Positions 9,651 to 18,520 of a stretch of 64,000 nucleotides of DNA are shown here, in pieces; the stretch's first letter is position 1; each line of letters starts with the position of its first letter. Made by a program: the position numbers and the translations under genes. The notes under the pieces were generated by a model. It saw nothing but the letters and a program-made list of their open reading frames with translations. It did not search any database and was not told the DNA's origin. Origin of the DNA: a gamma proteobacterium SCGC AAA168-P09 (GTDB lineage Bacteria; Pseudomonadota; Gammaproteobacteria; Magnimaribacterales; D2472). The stretch covers positions 90,242 to 154,241 of the forward strand of contig ARRL01000002.1 of the NCBI GenBank assembly GCA_000385055.1, given 5' to 3'.

Positions 9651-10514
9651 TTAGTTTAATATTTTTTCTACAGGCATTACCAAAATAGAAGATGCTCCTT
9701 TTGCTTTAAGTTTTTCCATAGTTTCCCAAAAAATAGGTTCTTGACATAAAGCGTGAATTGCTACTTTTTTACTATCTTCCAAAGGAATTATTGTTGGTGA
9801 TTCAGATCCAGGAAGTAGTTTGCATATTTCTTTAACTTTTGATGCATCAACATTCAACATCACATATTTACTTTCAATTGCATTAACCACACCTTGCATT
9901 CTGCTTATCACTTTATCTGCTATTTTTTCTTTGTTTATACTTAAATTTTTGTTTTTTATTAAAACTGCCTGAGATTGAAGAATAACTTCGATTTCTTTTA
10001 AATTATTCGCTTCTAAAGTTGCTCCTGATGAAACTAAATCACAGATTATGTCTGACATACCTATATAGGGTGTCAGTTCTACAGAGCCATGTATATTTGT
10101 AACAGAGGCATTTATATTATTATCTTTAAGATATTTTTTAACAGTATTTGGATATGATGTAGCGATTTTCATATTGTTAAAGTTCTTAATTTTATTATTT
10201 TTTGGCCCTGCAAATGACAATCTACATTTAGAAAACCCTAAATCTATAATTTTTTTGATATAAGTTTTTTTGAAGAGAGATTTTTCAATTAATACATTCT
10301 CTCCTACTATAGCCAAATCAGCATCTCCATTTGATACCAGTGAAGGAATGTCATCGCTTCTAACAAATAGAATATCTATTGGCAAATTATTAGATTTAGC
10401 TAAAAGATTATCTCCTTTAGTTGAAAAATTTATACCTGATTTTTTTATTAAGTCTGTGCTTTGATCGAACAATCTACCTTTCTTTTGTATAGCTATAGTT
10501 AAACGATTTTTCAT
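9651..10514 (-). CDS. hisG: ATP phosphoribosyltransferase, long form
   Basis: 287 aa. RLTIAIQKKGRL, DLVSSGATLEAN, and a C-terminal regulatory domain is present, so no HisZ is needed. Confidence 0.9.
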   Translation of the reverse strand: MKNRLTIAIQKKGRLFDQSTDLIKKSGINFSTKGDNLLAKSNNLPIDILFVRSDDIPSLVSNGDADLAIVGENVLIEKSLFKKTYIKKIIDLGFSKCRLSFAGPKNNKIKNFNNMKIATSYPNTVKKYLKDNNINASVTNIHGSVELTPYIGMSDIICDLVSSGATLEANNLKEIEVILQSQAVLIKNKNLSINKEKIADKVISRMQGVVNAIESKYVMLNVDASKVKEICKLLPGSESPTIIPLEDSKKVAIHALCQEPIFWETMEKLKAKGASSILVMPVEKILN

Positions 10515-10777
10515 TTTTCAATCCTTTTAAGAATTTTTTTATATCCTTGATATGGTTCGCTTGATAGAAAACGAGCAACCCTGGTTACGGTAGTTGTGCT
10601 TGTTTTTAATTTTGCTGCTATTTCTCTATAAGATAATTTATCTTCAAATAGAAGTTGAGCAACCGCCCATCTTTCTTCAAGTGCTCTTAATTCAGAGGGC
10701 GTACACAGATCTTTCAGAAATTCTTCAACCTCTTTTTTATTTTTCAATAATAAAATTGCTTCATTTAGATTTTTCAT
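10511..10777 (-). CDS. TrpR-family YerC/YecD-like DNA-binding protein (candidate HisR-type his regulator)
   Basis: 88 aa. DLCTPSELRALEERWAVAQLL..SYREIAAKLKTSTTTVTRVARFL matches the YerC/YecD TrpR-like helix-turn-helix pattern. Its TGA overlaps the hisG ATG (ATGA). Confidence 0.7.
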   Translation of the reverse strand: MKNLNEAILLLKNKKEVEEFLKDLCTPSELRALEERWAVAQLLFEDKLSYREIAAKLKTSTTTVTRVARFLSSEPYQGYKKILKRIEK

Positions 10778-10786
10778 GCGTGCTAG

Positions 10787-10804
10787 TGTATTACTATGCT
10801 AATA
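10787..10804 (-). promoter_or_regulatory. inverted repeat GTATTA-N6-TAATAC just upstream of the TrpR-like gene (candidate operator or 5-prime UTR hairpin)
   Basis: Read directly: gtatta ctatgc taatac, 10 nt from the ATG at 10777, with a CTAG tetramer at 10783-10786. It lies in the only ~45 nt available for a his promoter. Confidence 0.25.
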
Positions 10805-10813
10805 CAAAGTAAA

Positions 10814-10843
10814 GTAAAAAAAGGCACTTAAAAAGTGCCTTTT
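10814..10843 (-). terminator. rho-independent terminator of the 142-aa membrane protein gene
   Basis: An 8-bp stem (aaggcact / agtgcctt) with a 5-nt loop. On the minus strand it is followed by a run of 7 T (A-run 10816-10822 on plus). Confidence 0.7.
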
Positions 10844-10860
10844 ATGTTTAATGTTATAGA

Positions 10861-11289
10861 TTATTTAGAACTATTAACCCATAGAGGTAAAATAGCTATT
10901 AAAAGACCGCCTACAGAGACTGCCCAAAAACCGAACATTGCAATGGGATTACCTTGATTAATACTTTGTATAAATGCTTGCGAGCCTGGTCCTATATCAA
11001 TATTACCATTGGCAGCATCTAAAGCGCTTAAAGCTTCTGCATGCCCAGCAAATGTATTACCTACAACATTGCCTAAATTCAACCACATTGCAAAAACACC
11101 TAATGCAAATACCGAGACAATTACTTTTGCTAATGTATTTACATTTTTGTCAACCGAAACACTAGAAAATCTTGCAGCAACCCATATTGCAATGATTCCA
11201 GATAAAAAAGCTGTAGTATTAGCACCTCTGGTTGATTGAAATAATTCCCATAATGCTATTTCCGTAGTAACACTTGTTATAATATCCAT
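10861..11289 (-). CDS. small integral membrane protein, unknown function (paralog of 39289..39666)
   Basis: 142 aa with about 3 TM segments. Strong SD (AGGAGAGG) 5-6 nt before the ATG and its own terminator. Shares WVAARF / AKVIVSVF blocks with the 125-aa protein. Confidence 0.6.
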   Translation of the reverse strand: MDIITSVTTEIALWELFQSTRGANTTAFLSGIIAIWVAARFSSVSVDKNVNTLAKVIVSVFALGVFAMWLNLGNVVGNTFAGHAEALSALDAANGNIDIGPGSQAFIQSINQGNPIAMFGFWAVSVGGLLIAILPLWVNSSK

Positions 11290-11381
11290 AATTCCTCTCC
11301 TGTTAAAAAATAATTAAAAAACTATTAATACATAGATTTAGTGATTTTAAGAAAAAATTAATATATAAAATTTAAATATAT

Positions 11382-12392
11382 TTACTGTTTTGATAGTAAT
11401 GAAACTATCTCTAAGTGTTCTGTATTTGGAAATTGATCAAATATTTCTATATTTTTTAAAGAAAATTCTTTTAGTTTATTTATATCTCTTACGTATGTCT
11501 CATAATCACAAGAAACATAAATAATGTTTTTAAATTTTTTAATAATATCTATTACTTCATCATTTAGCCCAGATCTTGGAGGATCAACTAGAACATGTGA
11601 AAAATTATATGTATTAATATTCATTTTATTCATTCGCCTAAAGATTCTTCCATTAAGTGCTTCAGAAACTTCTTCTGATGAGAGTCTTGAGTATAAAATA
11701 TTTTGAATATTTAATTCACTTATAGATCTAGCAAGACATTTAATTGATTGTCTATTGCTCTCTGTAGCAAAAACATTATTAAAGTATTTTGATAATGGCA
11801 AAGTAAAGGTTCCTGAGCCACAATATAATTCTAATAAATCATCGGTTTTGTCAAGGAAGCTAATTGTTTTACTAATCATTTTTGGCAAAAGAAAATGATT
11901 TGGTTGATAGAAAGAATTATCTGTTTGGTAAAGGATTATTCCAAATTCATCAATATAGTCAGCAAGCATATTATCGCCTGAAGAGTATATTTCATTTTTA
12001 GACCTAAGGTTTACATCAATTTTATATAATATTGAAATTTTATCTGCTTCAAGTTTAATTTTTTCGCATAATTTTTTATGATAAATCAATGTAACTAAAA
12101 TATGATTTTGTCTATTTGATCTAAAATTTATTTGGAATAAACGCTTTTTTAATAACTCATTTGCATTTATTATTTTTAATAAATTTGGCATCAGTTTTTG
12201 TATACAAGGTCTTGCAATCTTGATTTTATCTAAATATACGATTTCTTTATTTTTATCATACATTGTAAAAAAATTATTTTTATAACCTAACTCTACTCTT
12301 GATCTATAATTGTATGGAGGACTTAGATTAATTTTAATATTATCTTTGTAATGATTGCTGATTAACGAAGTTGCTTTAATAAATTTATTCAT
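11382..12392 (-). CDS. trmA: tRNA/tmRNA (uracil-C5)-methyltransferase
   Basis: 336 aa. FYQPN, the SAM motif LELYCGSGTF, VDPPRSG and YVSC, as in TrmA/RumA-type m5U methyltransferases that lack the Fe-S N-domain. Confidence 0.75.
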   Translation of the reverse strand: MNKFIKATSLISNHYKDNIKINLSPPYNYRSRVELGYKNNFFTMYDKNKEIVYLDKIKIARPCIQKLMPNLLKIINANELLKKRLFQINFRSNRQNHILVTLIYHKKLCEKIKLEADKISILYKIDVNLRSKNEIYSSGDNMLADYIDEFGIILYQTDNSFYQPNHFLLPKMISKTISFLDKTDDLLELYCGSGTFTLPLSKYFNNVFATESNRQSIKCLARSISELNIQNILYSRLSSEEVSEALNGRIFRRMNKMNINTYNFSHVLVDPPRSGLNDEVIDIIKKFKNIIYVSCDYETYVRDINKLKEFSLKNIEIFDQFPNTEHLEIVSLLSKQ

Positions 12393-12565
12393 CTAGTTGA
12401 TAAAAAATCTTGTTATAACAAACACAAACCCTATAAATGTTATATTAAGAGTCAAAAATAAAGTAATTATTTTTAATATTGAAATTTTTTTTAGATCATT
12501 TTCTAGTTCTTCTTTATTACGAATGCCTAGAAATGAGTTTGTTAATCTTTTTAACCACATAAATT

Positions 12566-13159
12566 ATGAGCAAAATTGTTAATATCACAGAATCAGCTGA
12601 AAAGTATTTAGCAAATCTTATCGAAGATAAGAATGAACCAAACCTTGCAGTTAGAATTTTTATCTCTGATCCAGGAACTCCTAAAGCTGAAACCTGCCTT
12701 GCATATTGTAAACCAGAAGAAGCAATGAAAGATGATGAGATTTTAAAGCTCAACTCACTTATAGTGCATATTGAAAAAAGAAGCATTCCATTTTTAGTAG
12801 ATGCGGAAGTTAATTATGATAATGATACTTTTGGTGGACAACTAACGATAAAAGCACCAAATGCAAGGTTACCCAATATATCTCCTAATAGCCCTCCAGA
12901 AGATAGAATAAATTACGTTATATATAACGAGATAAATCCAATGCTCGAATCTCACGGCGGCGAGGTTAGCCTGCTTGAGTTTACTGATAAAGGCGAAGCC
13001 ATTCTTCAATTTGGTGGTGGTTGTCAAGGATGTGGAATGGTGGATGTAACACTTAAGGATGGTATTGAAAAAACTCTTTTAGAACAAATACCTGAATTAA
13101 AATCTGTTAAGGATAGCACCGATCATTCTATAGATGACAACGCCTATTATAAAGGTTAA
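12566..13159 (+). CDS. nfuA: Fe-S cluster biogenesis protein NfuA
   Basis: 197 aa. Has a degenerate A-type N-domain plus a C-terminal Nfu domain with GGGCQGCGMVDVTLKDGIE. Confidence 0.85.
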   Translation: MSKIVNITESAEKYLANLIEDKNEPNLAVRIFISDPGTPKAETCLAYCKPEEAMKDDEILKLNSLIVHIEKRSIPFLVDAEVNYDNDTFGGQLTIKAPNARLPNISPNSPPEDRINYVIYNEINPMLESHGGEVSLLEFTDKGEAILQFGGGCQGCGMVDVTLKDGIEKTLLEQIPELKSVKDSTDHSIDDNAYYKG

Positions 13160-14007
13160 ATTTCTTTTACTGATATAACTACCCCAAAGTAAGGGTGGTC
13201 AAAATAGTGAATTTCATTATTAAAAATTCTTTTATTTTGATCAATAAATAATTTAATTTCTCCATTTATTGATTTTTGATTATTTTGAATCGGCATCTCT
13301 GAATTAATATCAATAAATTCATTAGCCTTATTTAGATTAATTTTTATATTATTATTCGTATTATTATTATTTGGGAATTCTAATAATCTATTTTCATATT
13401 CTTTAATATGAAATTTCGTTATGTCGTTTGAAGATAAATTTATTGATCCTAAATAGGCTTTTAGATCGGTATGTAAAAAACGACTTCTATAAAGCTTTAA
13501 GAGAAATCCATATTGTTTTTCAATAACTTCATGATGTAAATAAACTGCACTTTCTTTATCTTCAATATTTTGAACCCATGAAAAACTATCTAGCACTTCA
13601 TAGTTATTATTTTTTAATAATTTTTTGTTTAATTTATTTAAAGTCTCAAGGTTATTATTTTTTCTATACCAAGATTTTGGATTAGATATATTAGAAGAAA
13701 CATCCTCTTTATTGATCATTATGTTTTTTATATTTAAGGGCTTTAAGCTGGTAAAAAGCTTATTAAAGAAATTTTCTTCAACTTTCACATCAAATGATTT
13801 TTTATTAATTTGAAGTTTTGGTTCATAGAAACTTAAAACATCGTCAGATGGAGTAATAAGATTATCATCAAATATTTCATCAGTTTCAACATTTAAATGT
13901 TTAAAAATTATTAATTCTATTTGGTATTCCTTAAGCTCTAAAGCTTCCTCCGTCATAACCAATGAAGACTGAATAATGATTATTAGAATTATTTTATAAA
14001 ATCTCAT
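13156..14007 (-). CDS. secreted hypothetical protein, possibly CsiV/DUF2803-like
   Basis: 283 aa with a signal peptide, then YQIELIIFKH, which resembles the CsiV family N-terminus. It overlaps the mfd stop by 14 nt, and I recall this family sitting next to mfd in gammaproteobacteria. Asn-rich low-complexity stretch. Confidence 0.45.
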   Translation of the reverse strand: MRFYKIILIIIIQSSLVMTEEALELKEYQIELIIFKHLNVETDEIFDDNLITPSDDVLSFYEPKLQINKKSFDVKVEENFFNKLFTSLKPLNIKNIMINKEDVSSNISNPKSWYRKNNNLETLNKLNKKLLKNNNYEVLDSFSWVQNIEDKESAVYLHHEVIEKQYGFLLKLYRSRFLHTDLKAYLGSINLSSNDITKFHIKEYENRLLEFPNNNNTNNNIKINLNKANEFIDINSEMPIQNNQKSINGEIKLFIDQNKRIFNNEIHYFDHPYFGVVISVKEI

Positions 14008-17000
14008 TTATTAGATTTGTTATTTTATTTCTTCTACTTAAGGCATTAGACTCATTCAAATTAATGATAAGTTTATTTTCCTTATTAATGTTATAAATAT
14101 TGGGCTCCTTTGTAACTAGTGTCAATATCTTATCGAAAACACCTTTATTTAAATTACTTGATAAAAGAAGTGAGGTTTTTATTTTGCTTGAATTAATTTT
14201 TAAAATTCCAGAATTTTTTATATTAATTGCTAGTTTTGTATCACTTATTAGATTAATTATTTCTTCAGTGAGTGCGCCACATCTATCTATCAAATCATTT
14301 TTTATCTTATTTATTTCATCAATACTAGATGCACTATTTAACGATTTATATATTTTTAACCTTTCTAAAGGTGATGGAAGATAGTCATCGTTGATATATG
14401 AGGAGTCGTAAAAATTAATCTCTGTTTGTATTAATTCTTTTTCGTCATTATTTTTAAATTTATTTAATGCATTTTTTAGCATTGATAGGTACAAATTTAT
14501 TCCAATGGTATTTATATGCCCACTTTGTTTATCACCAAGTATCTCGCCACCACCTCTAATTTCTAAATCCTCCTGGGCAATAAAGAATCCAGATCCAAGA
14601 TCTGACAGTCTAATTATTGAATCTAGTCGATTTTTAGCAATTCTAGATAAATCAGGTATAGGTATTAAAAAATAGCAATAACCTTGTTTTATAGACCTTC
14701 CAACACGTCCTCTAAGTTGATGAAGCTGAGATAAACCAAAGTTTTGTGCATCTATTATTAATATTGTATTAGCGTTTGGTATATCCAATCCCATTTCAAC
14801 TATGGTTGTACAAATAAGGACATCCAATCTACCAAGATCAAAATCTCCCATTACTTTTGAAATCTCGTTTTTATTAAGTTTTCCATGAGCTATATCGATG
14901 GTTATTTCTGGCAAAATAGAGATTAGATTTTTTTTCAGTGATTCCATTTTTGAAATATCATTCTGAACAATAAAGCACTGACCACCCCTTGATACCTCTC
15001 TTGAAATAGCTTCTTTAAAAAGCTGAAAGTTTTCTACTTTTAAAAATGATTTAATACTTATTCTATTTGTTGGAGGGGTATGAAGAAAAGAGAATTCTTT
15101 TAATCCAGAATATATAAAATTCATAGTTCTTGGAATTGGAGTTGCTGAAAGATAAAGAATATGAATATTTTCTTGCTTGCTTTTGATTAGATCTTTTTGC
15201 TTAATTCCAAATTTATGTTCTTCATCAACAACCAAAAGCCCTGTATTTGAGAAATTAATTCCTGATGTAAATAGGGCATGTGTACCAATTAATATATCAA
15301 CGTTACCCTTATTAAAATCACTAACAATTCCTTCTTTATTTTTTTTATTTACATGTCTATTTATAATTTGGGTATTAACCGCAAGAGATTTAAATCTCGC
15401 TAAAAATGATTCATAGTGTTGGTCGCTTAATACTGTGCTAGGACAAAGAATGATGACTTGTTTCCCTGAAGATATAGAAATAAATGCTGATCTCATTGCA
15501 ACTTCTGTTTTTCCAAAACCAACATCACCACATAAAACTCTATTCATTGGTTTTACTAAGCCCATATCTTTTCTAATTGATTTGATAGCCTCTAATTGAT
15601 CTGGCGTTTCTGTAAAAGGAAATAAATTATTAAATTTATTAAATTCAAAATCATCAACTCTAAGAACTTTTGCAGTTGATGCTTGTCTTCTTGATTCAAT
15701 ATCAAGTATCTCAGCAGCATGGTCATATGCCCTTTGTTCTGCTTTTGCTTTGTTTTTTGACCATTTATTAGAAGAAAGAGAATCCAAAATAACTTCAGCA
15801 AAAAAATCATTTTTATGATATTTGGATATTAATTTTACGCTTCTTAAGGGAACGTAAAGCGCCTCATTAGAAGAATATATAATCTTCATATATTCATTTG
15901 AAGTACCATTTGTTGTTACAACTTCTAATCCTGAATATAGCCCAATTCCATAATTTTCGTGAACAACATAATCTCCTTCTTTGAATAAGATATCTTTGTT
16001 GGTAGCTAATGATTTGGTTTGATCGTTAGACGATAAAGACATGTTGACAGTTTCAGAATATTCTTTATGACAAACTACATAGCTATTTAATTCTATTGGC
16101 CTAACTATTTCTGAAAGCATCAAATTTAATGAATCAATAGCATTATCTATATTTGAAATTTCATTTATGTTTGTAGAGAATTTTTTAATAAGCTTTTCGT
16201 ATTCACTTTGAATAGAAGTTATTAAAATTATTTTTTTATTATTTATCTCTTTGTTATCAATGAGTCTTAATAATGATTCAAAATCTTTAAAAAATGGAAT
16301 TTTATAATTATCTTTAGCATTTAGAATTTTATCTTTTGAGCAAAATGACATAACTAAATCTTTATGTACAAAGCAATCTTTTGGTTTTAATAAAGGCCTT
16401 GCAGAATCAATATTTTCATCGTTATACCTTTGATATATATAAGTATCATATAAAGATATCTCAGTATCTAAATTTTTCAATAAAATGAACTCATATTCTA
16501 AAAATAAATCAAAAAATGTAGATGTTTTATTAAAAAATAATGGTAGATATATGTCTGAACCTTCGACCTTTTCGTTTTTACTTAATTTTTGAAATATTTC
16601 ACAATGTCTTTCATCATTATTTTGAAAATAATTTCTCCAATTATCTCGAAAAAGCTTAAGATTTTTTACATCTAAACCATAAAGAGAACTCTTGGTCAGT
16701 TTAAAATTTTCAATTTTTTCTATAGATAGCTGTGTTTCTATATCAAAATATCTTATCGACTCTATTTCATCATCAAAGATTTCAACTCTTAATGGGTTCC
16801 TATAAATCGGCGTAAATATATCAATAATGCCACCTCGAATGGCATATTGATTTAGTGATTCAATTTTGTTTGTTTTTTCATAATTTAATGAAATTAGAAT
16901 ATTTTCTAAATTTTTAAGTGATATTCCGTCATGAATTTTAAAAACTTCTTTAGATTTGAACAAATCTATTGTTGGATAGAGCTCAAATAAACTTTTGATA

Positions 17001-17272
17001 GTTGTTATGACTACCTCTTTTTGACTATTCAAAGAGTTTAATATTTTAAATCGTTCTTTTTGAATATTTTCTGGAATTGAGAAATGATCATATGGAAGAA
17101 TTTCGTTATCTGGAAAATATTTAATTTTATTTTTATCTATGTAAAGTGATAACTCATTTTCCAATAACTTTGCCTCTCTATTGTCATGAACGACAATAAC
17201 CATTGATTGATCAGTAATATGATATTTATCACACAATAAATGTGCATATCTATGGTCAATAATTTTAGTCAT
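13994..17272 (-). CDS. mfd: transcription-repair coupling factor
   Basis: 1092 aa. CarD-like GDYVVHENYGIG, Walker A GDVGFGKTEVA, DEEHKFG, and helicase motifs LSATPIPRT and QLRGRVGR. Confidence 0.95.
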   Translation of the reverse strand: MTKIIDHRYAHLLCDKYHITDQSMVIVVHDNREAKLLENELSLYIDKNKIKYFPDNEILPYDHFSIPENIQKERFKILNSLNSQKEVVITTIKSLFELYPTIDLFKSKEVFKIHDGISLKNLENILISLNYEKTNKIESLNQYAIRGGIIDIFTPIYRNPLRVEIFDDEIESIRYFDIETQLSIEKIENFKLTKSSLYGLDVKNLKLFRDNWRNYFQNNDERHCEIFQKLSKNEKVEGSDIYLPLFFNKTSTFFDLFLEYEFILLKNLDTEISLYDTYIYQRYNDENIDSARPLLKPKDCFVHKDLVMSFCSKDKILNAKDNYKIPFFKDFESLLRLIDNKEINNKKIILITSIQSEYEKLIKKFSTNINEISNIDNAIDSLNLMLSEIVRPIELNSYVVCHKEYSETVNMSLSSNDQTKSLATNKDILFKEGDYVVHENYGIGLYSGLEVVTTNGTSNEYMKIIYSSNEALYVPLRSVKLISKYHKNDFFAEVILDSLSSNKWSKNKAKAEQRAYDHAAEILDIESRRQASTAKVLRVDDFEFNKFNNLFPFTETPDQLEAIKSIRKDMGLVKPMNRVLCGDVGFGKTEVAMRSAFISISSGKQVIILCPSTVLSDQHYESFLARFKSLAVNTQIINRHVNKKNKEGIVSDFNKGNVDILIGTHALFTSGINFSNTGLLVVDEEHKFGIKQKDLIKSKQENIHILYLSATPIPRTMNFIYSGLKEFSFLHTPPTNRISIKSFLKVENFQLFKEAISREVSRGGQCFIVQNDISKMESLKKNLISILPEITIDIAHGKLNKNEISKVMGDFDLGRLDVLICTTIVEMGLDIPNANTILIIDAQNFGLSQLHQLRGRVGRSIKQGYCYFLIPIPDLSRIAKNRLDSIIRLSDLGSGFFIAQEDLEIRGGGEILGDKQSGHINTIGINLYLSMLKNALNKFKNNDEKELIQTEINFYDSSYINDDYLPSPLERLKIYKSLNSASSIDEINKIKNDLIDRCGALTEEIINLISDTKLAINIKNSGILKINSSKIKTSLLLSSNLNKGVFDKILTLVTKEPNIYNINKENKLIINLNESNALSRRNKITNLINEIL

Positions 17273-17347
17273 TTGTTAGTAAATTTTTTACAAATTCTAG
17301 TATAATGTGTCGCGTATTCTATCAATCAAATAAAAATAAAGGTAATT

Positions 17348-18517
17348 ATGGACATAAATTTTTCAAAAGAGGATCTTCAATTTAGAGATGAGCTTAGAGA
17401 GTGGCTTGCTAATGACTATCCAAAACATGTAAAAGATAAAATGAATAAAGGCGAGCATTTAACTAGGCAGGATATGGTTGATTATCACAAAGCTTTATCT
17501 GCAAAAGGATGGATGGGTTACAACTGGCCTGTAGAATATGGTGGTACAGGCTGGAGTGCCACCCAGTTATATTTATTTAATAAAGAATTTGGTTTAGCAG
17601 GTTGTCCACCACTTTTAGCTTTTGGTGTAAGCATGGTAGCTCCAGTAATATACACCTTTGGTAATGATGAGCAAAAGAAGAGATTTTTACCTGATATATT
17701 GGATTTTAATACATGGTGGTGTCAGGGATATTCTGAACCAGGCTCAGGTTCTGATTTAGCTTCCCTAAAAACAAAAGCTGTTAAAGATGGAGATCATTAT
17801 ATTGTTAATGGCTCTAAAACATGGACAACGTTAGCTCAAAATGCTGATTGGATTTTTCTGCTTGTTAGAACTGAATCTACTGGAAAAAAACAAGAAGGTA
17901 TATCATTTCTTTTAGTAGACATGAAAACCCCTGGCATAGAAGTAAAGCCAATTATCACCATAGATGGAGATCATGAAGTCAATTCTGTATTTTTTACAGA
18001 TGTGAAAGTTCCAGCCGAAAACTTAGTTGGTGAAGAAGGCAAAGGGTGGACATATGCCAAATTTTTACTAGCACATGAGAGATTTGGTATAGCTGCTGTG
18101 GGAGCTTCAATGAGAGCACTTAATAAGTTGAAAGAAGTTGTTTCAGCATTAAATAATTCAGATTTAGATAAAAAAGTAGCTGAAATGGAGATTGCTATTT
18201 CTGCTTTAGAAATGACAGAATTAAGACTTTTATCAGAACTTGAAAACGGTGGACATCCTGGAGCTGAATCTTCCATACTAAAAATTAAAGGTACAGAAAT
18301 ACAACAAGGACTTACTGAAATTTTTGTAGAAGCGGCTGGTGAGTACGCGCTTATGTATCCAGGAGCAGGAGGTTATGGCTCAAATGACAAGCCATCTGGT
18401 CCAGAGCATGCTGCTGTATCTCTAGAAAGGTTTTTAAATTTTAGAAAAACATCTATATACGGTGGAAGCAATGAAATTCAAAAAAATATAATTTCTAAAT
18501 TTGTACTAGGAGTATAA
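17348..18517 (+). CDS. acyl-CoA dehydrogenase, catalytic-type subunit (Glu base at the IVD/LCAD position)
   Basis: 389 aa with the ACAD fold. LLAHERFG aligns with IVD LDLERL, so the base is present. IYGGSNEIQ has Gly where MCAD has its catalytic Glu. Confidence 0.8.
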   Translation: MDINFSKEDLQFRDELREWLANDYPKHVKDKMNKGEHLTRQDMVDYHKALSAKGWMGYNWPVEYGGTGWSATQLYLFNKEFGLAGCPPLLAFGVSMVAPVIYTFGNDEQKKRFLPDILDFNTWWCQGYSEPGSGSDLASLKTKAVKDGDHYIVNGSKTWTTLAQNADWIFLLVRTESTGKKQEGISFLLVDMKTPGIEVKPIITIDGDHEVNSVFFTDVKVPAENLVGEEGKGWTYAKFLLAHERFGIAAVGASMRALNKLKEVVSALNNSDLDKKVAEMEIAISALEMTELRLLSELENGGHPGAESSILKIKGTEIQQGLTEIFVEAAGEYALMYPGAGGYGSNDKPSGPEHAAVSLERFLNFRKTSIYGGSNEIQKNIISKFVLGV

Positions 18518-18520
18518 AAA

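Noticed and set aside
10594-10812. A 72-aa plus-strand ORF overlapping the TrpR-like gene and its upstream region.
   Set aside because: It is antisense to a recognisable HTH protein. Its sequence is hydrophobic and low-complexity and runs through the terminator.
12397-12786. A 61-aa plus ORF and an 89-aa minus ORF in and around the trmA-nfuA intergenic region.
   Set aside because: Neither has a convincing start or RBS. The 89-aa ORF is antisense to the well-supported nfuA 5-prime end. Both are better explained as promoter DNA plus a shadow frame.
13300-13400. An Asn-rich run (NNNNTNNNIKINLN) in the CsiV-like protein, considered as a possible repeat or contingency locus.
   Set aside because: It is a low-complexity AAT/AAC stretch, expected in an AT-rich genome. 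There is no true tandem nucleotide repeat or homopolymer tract.
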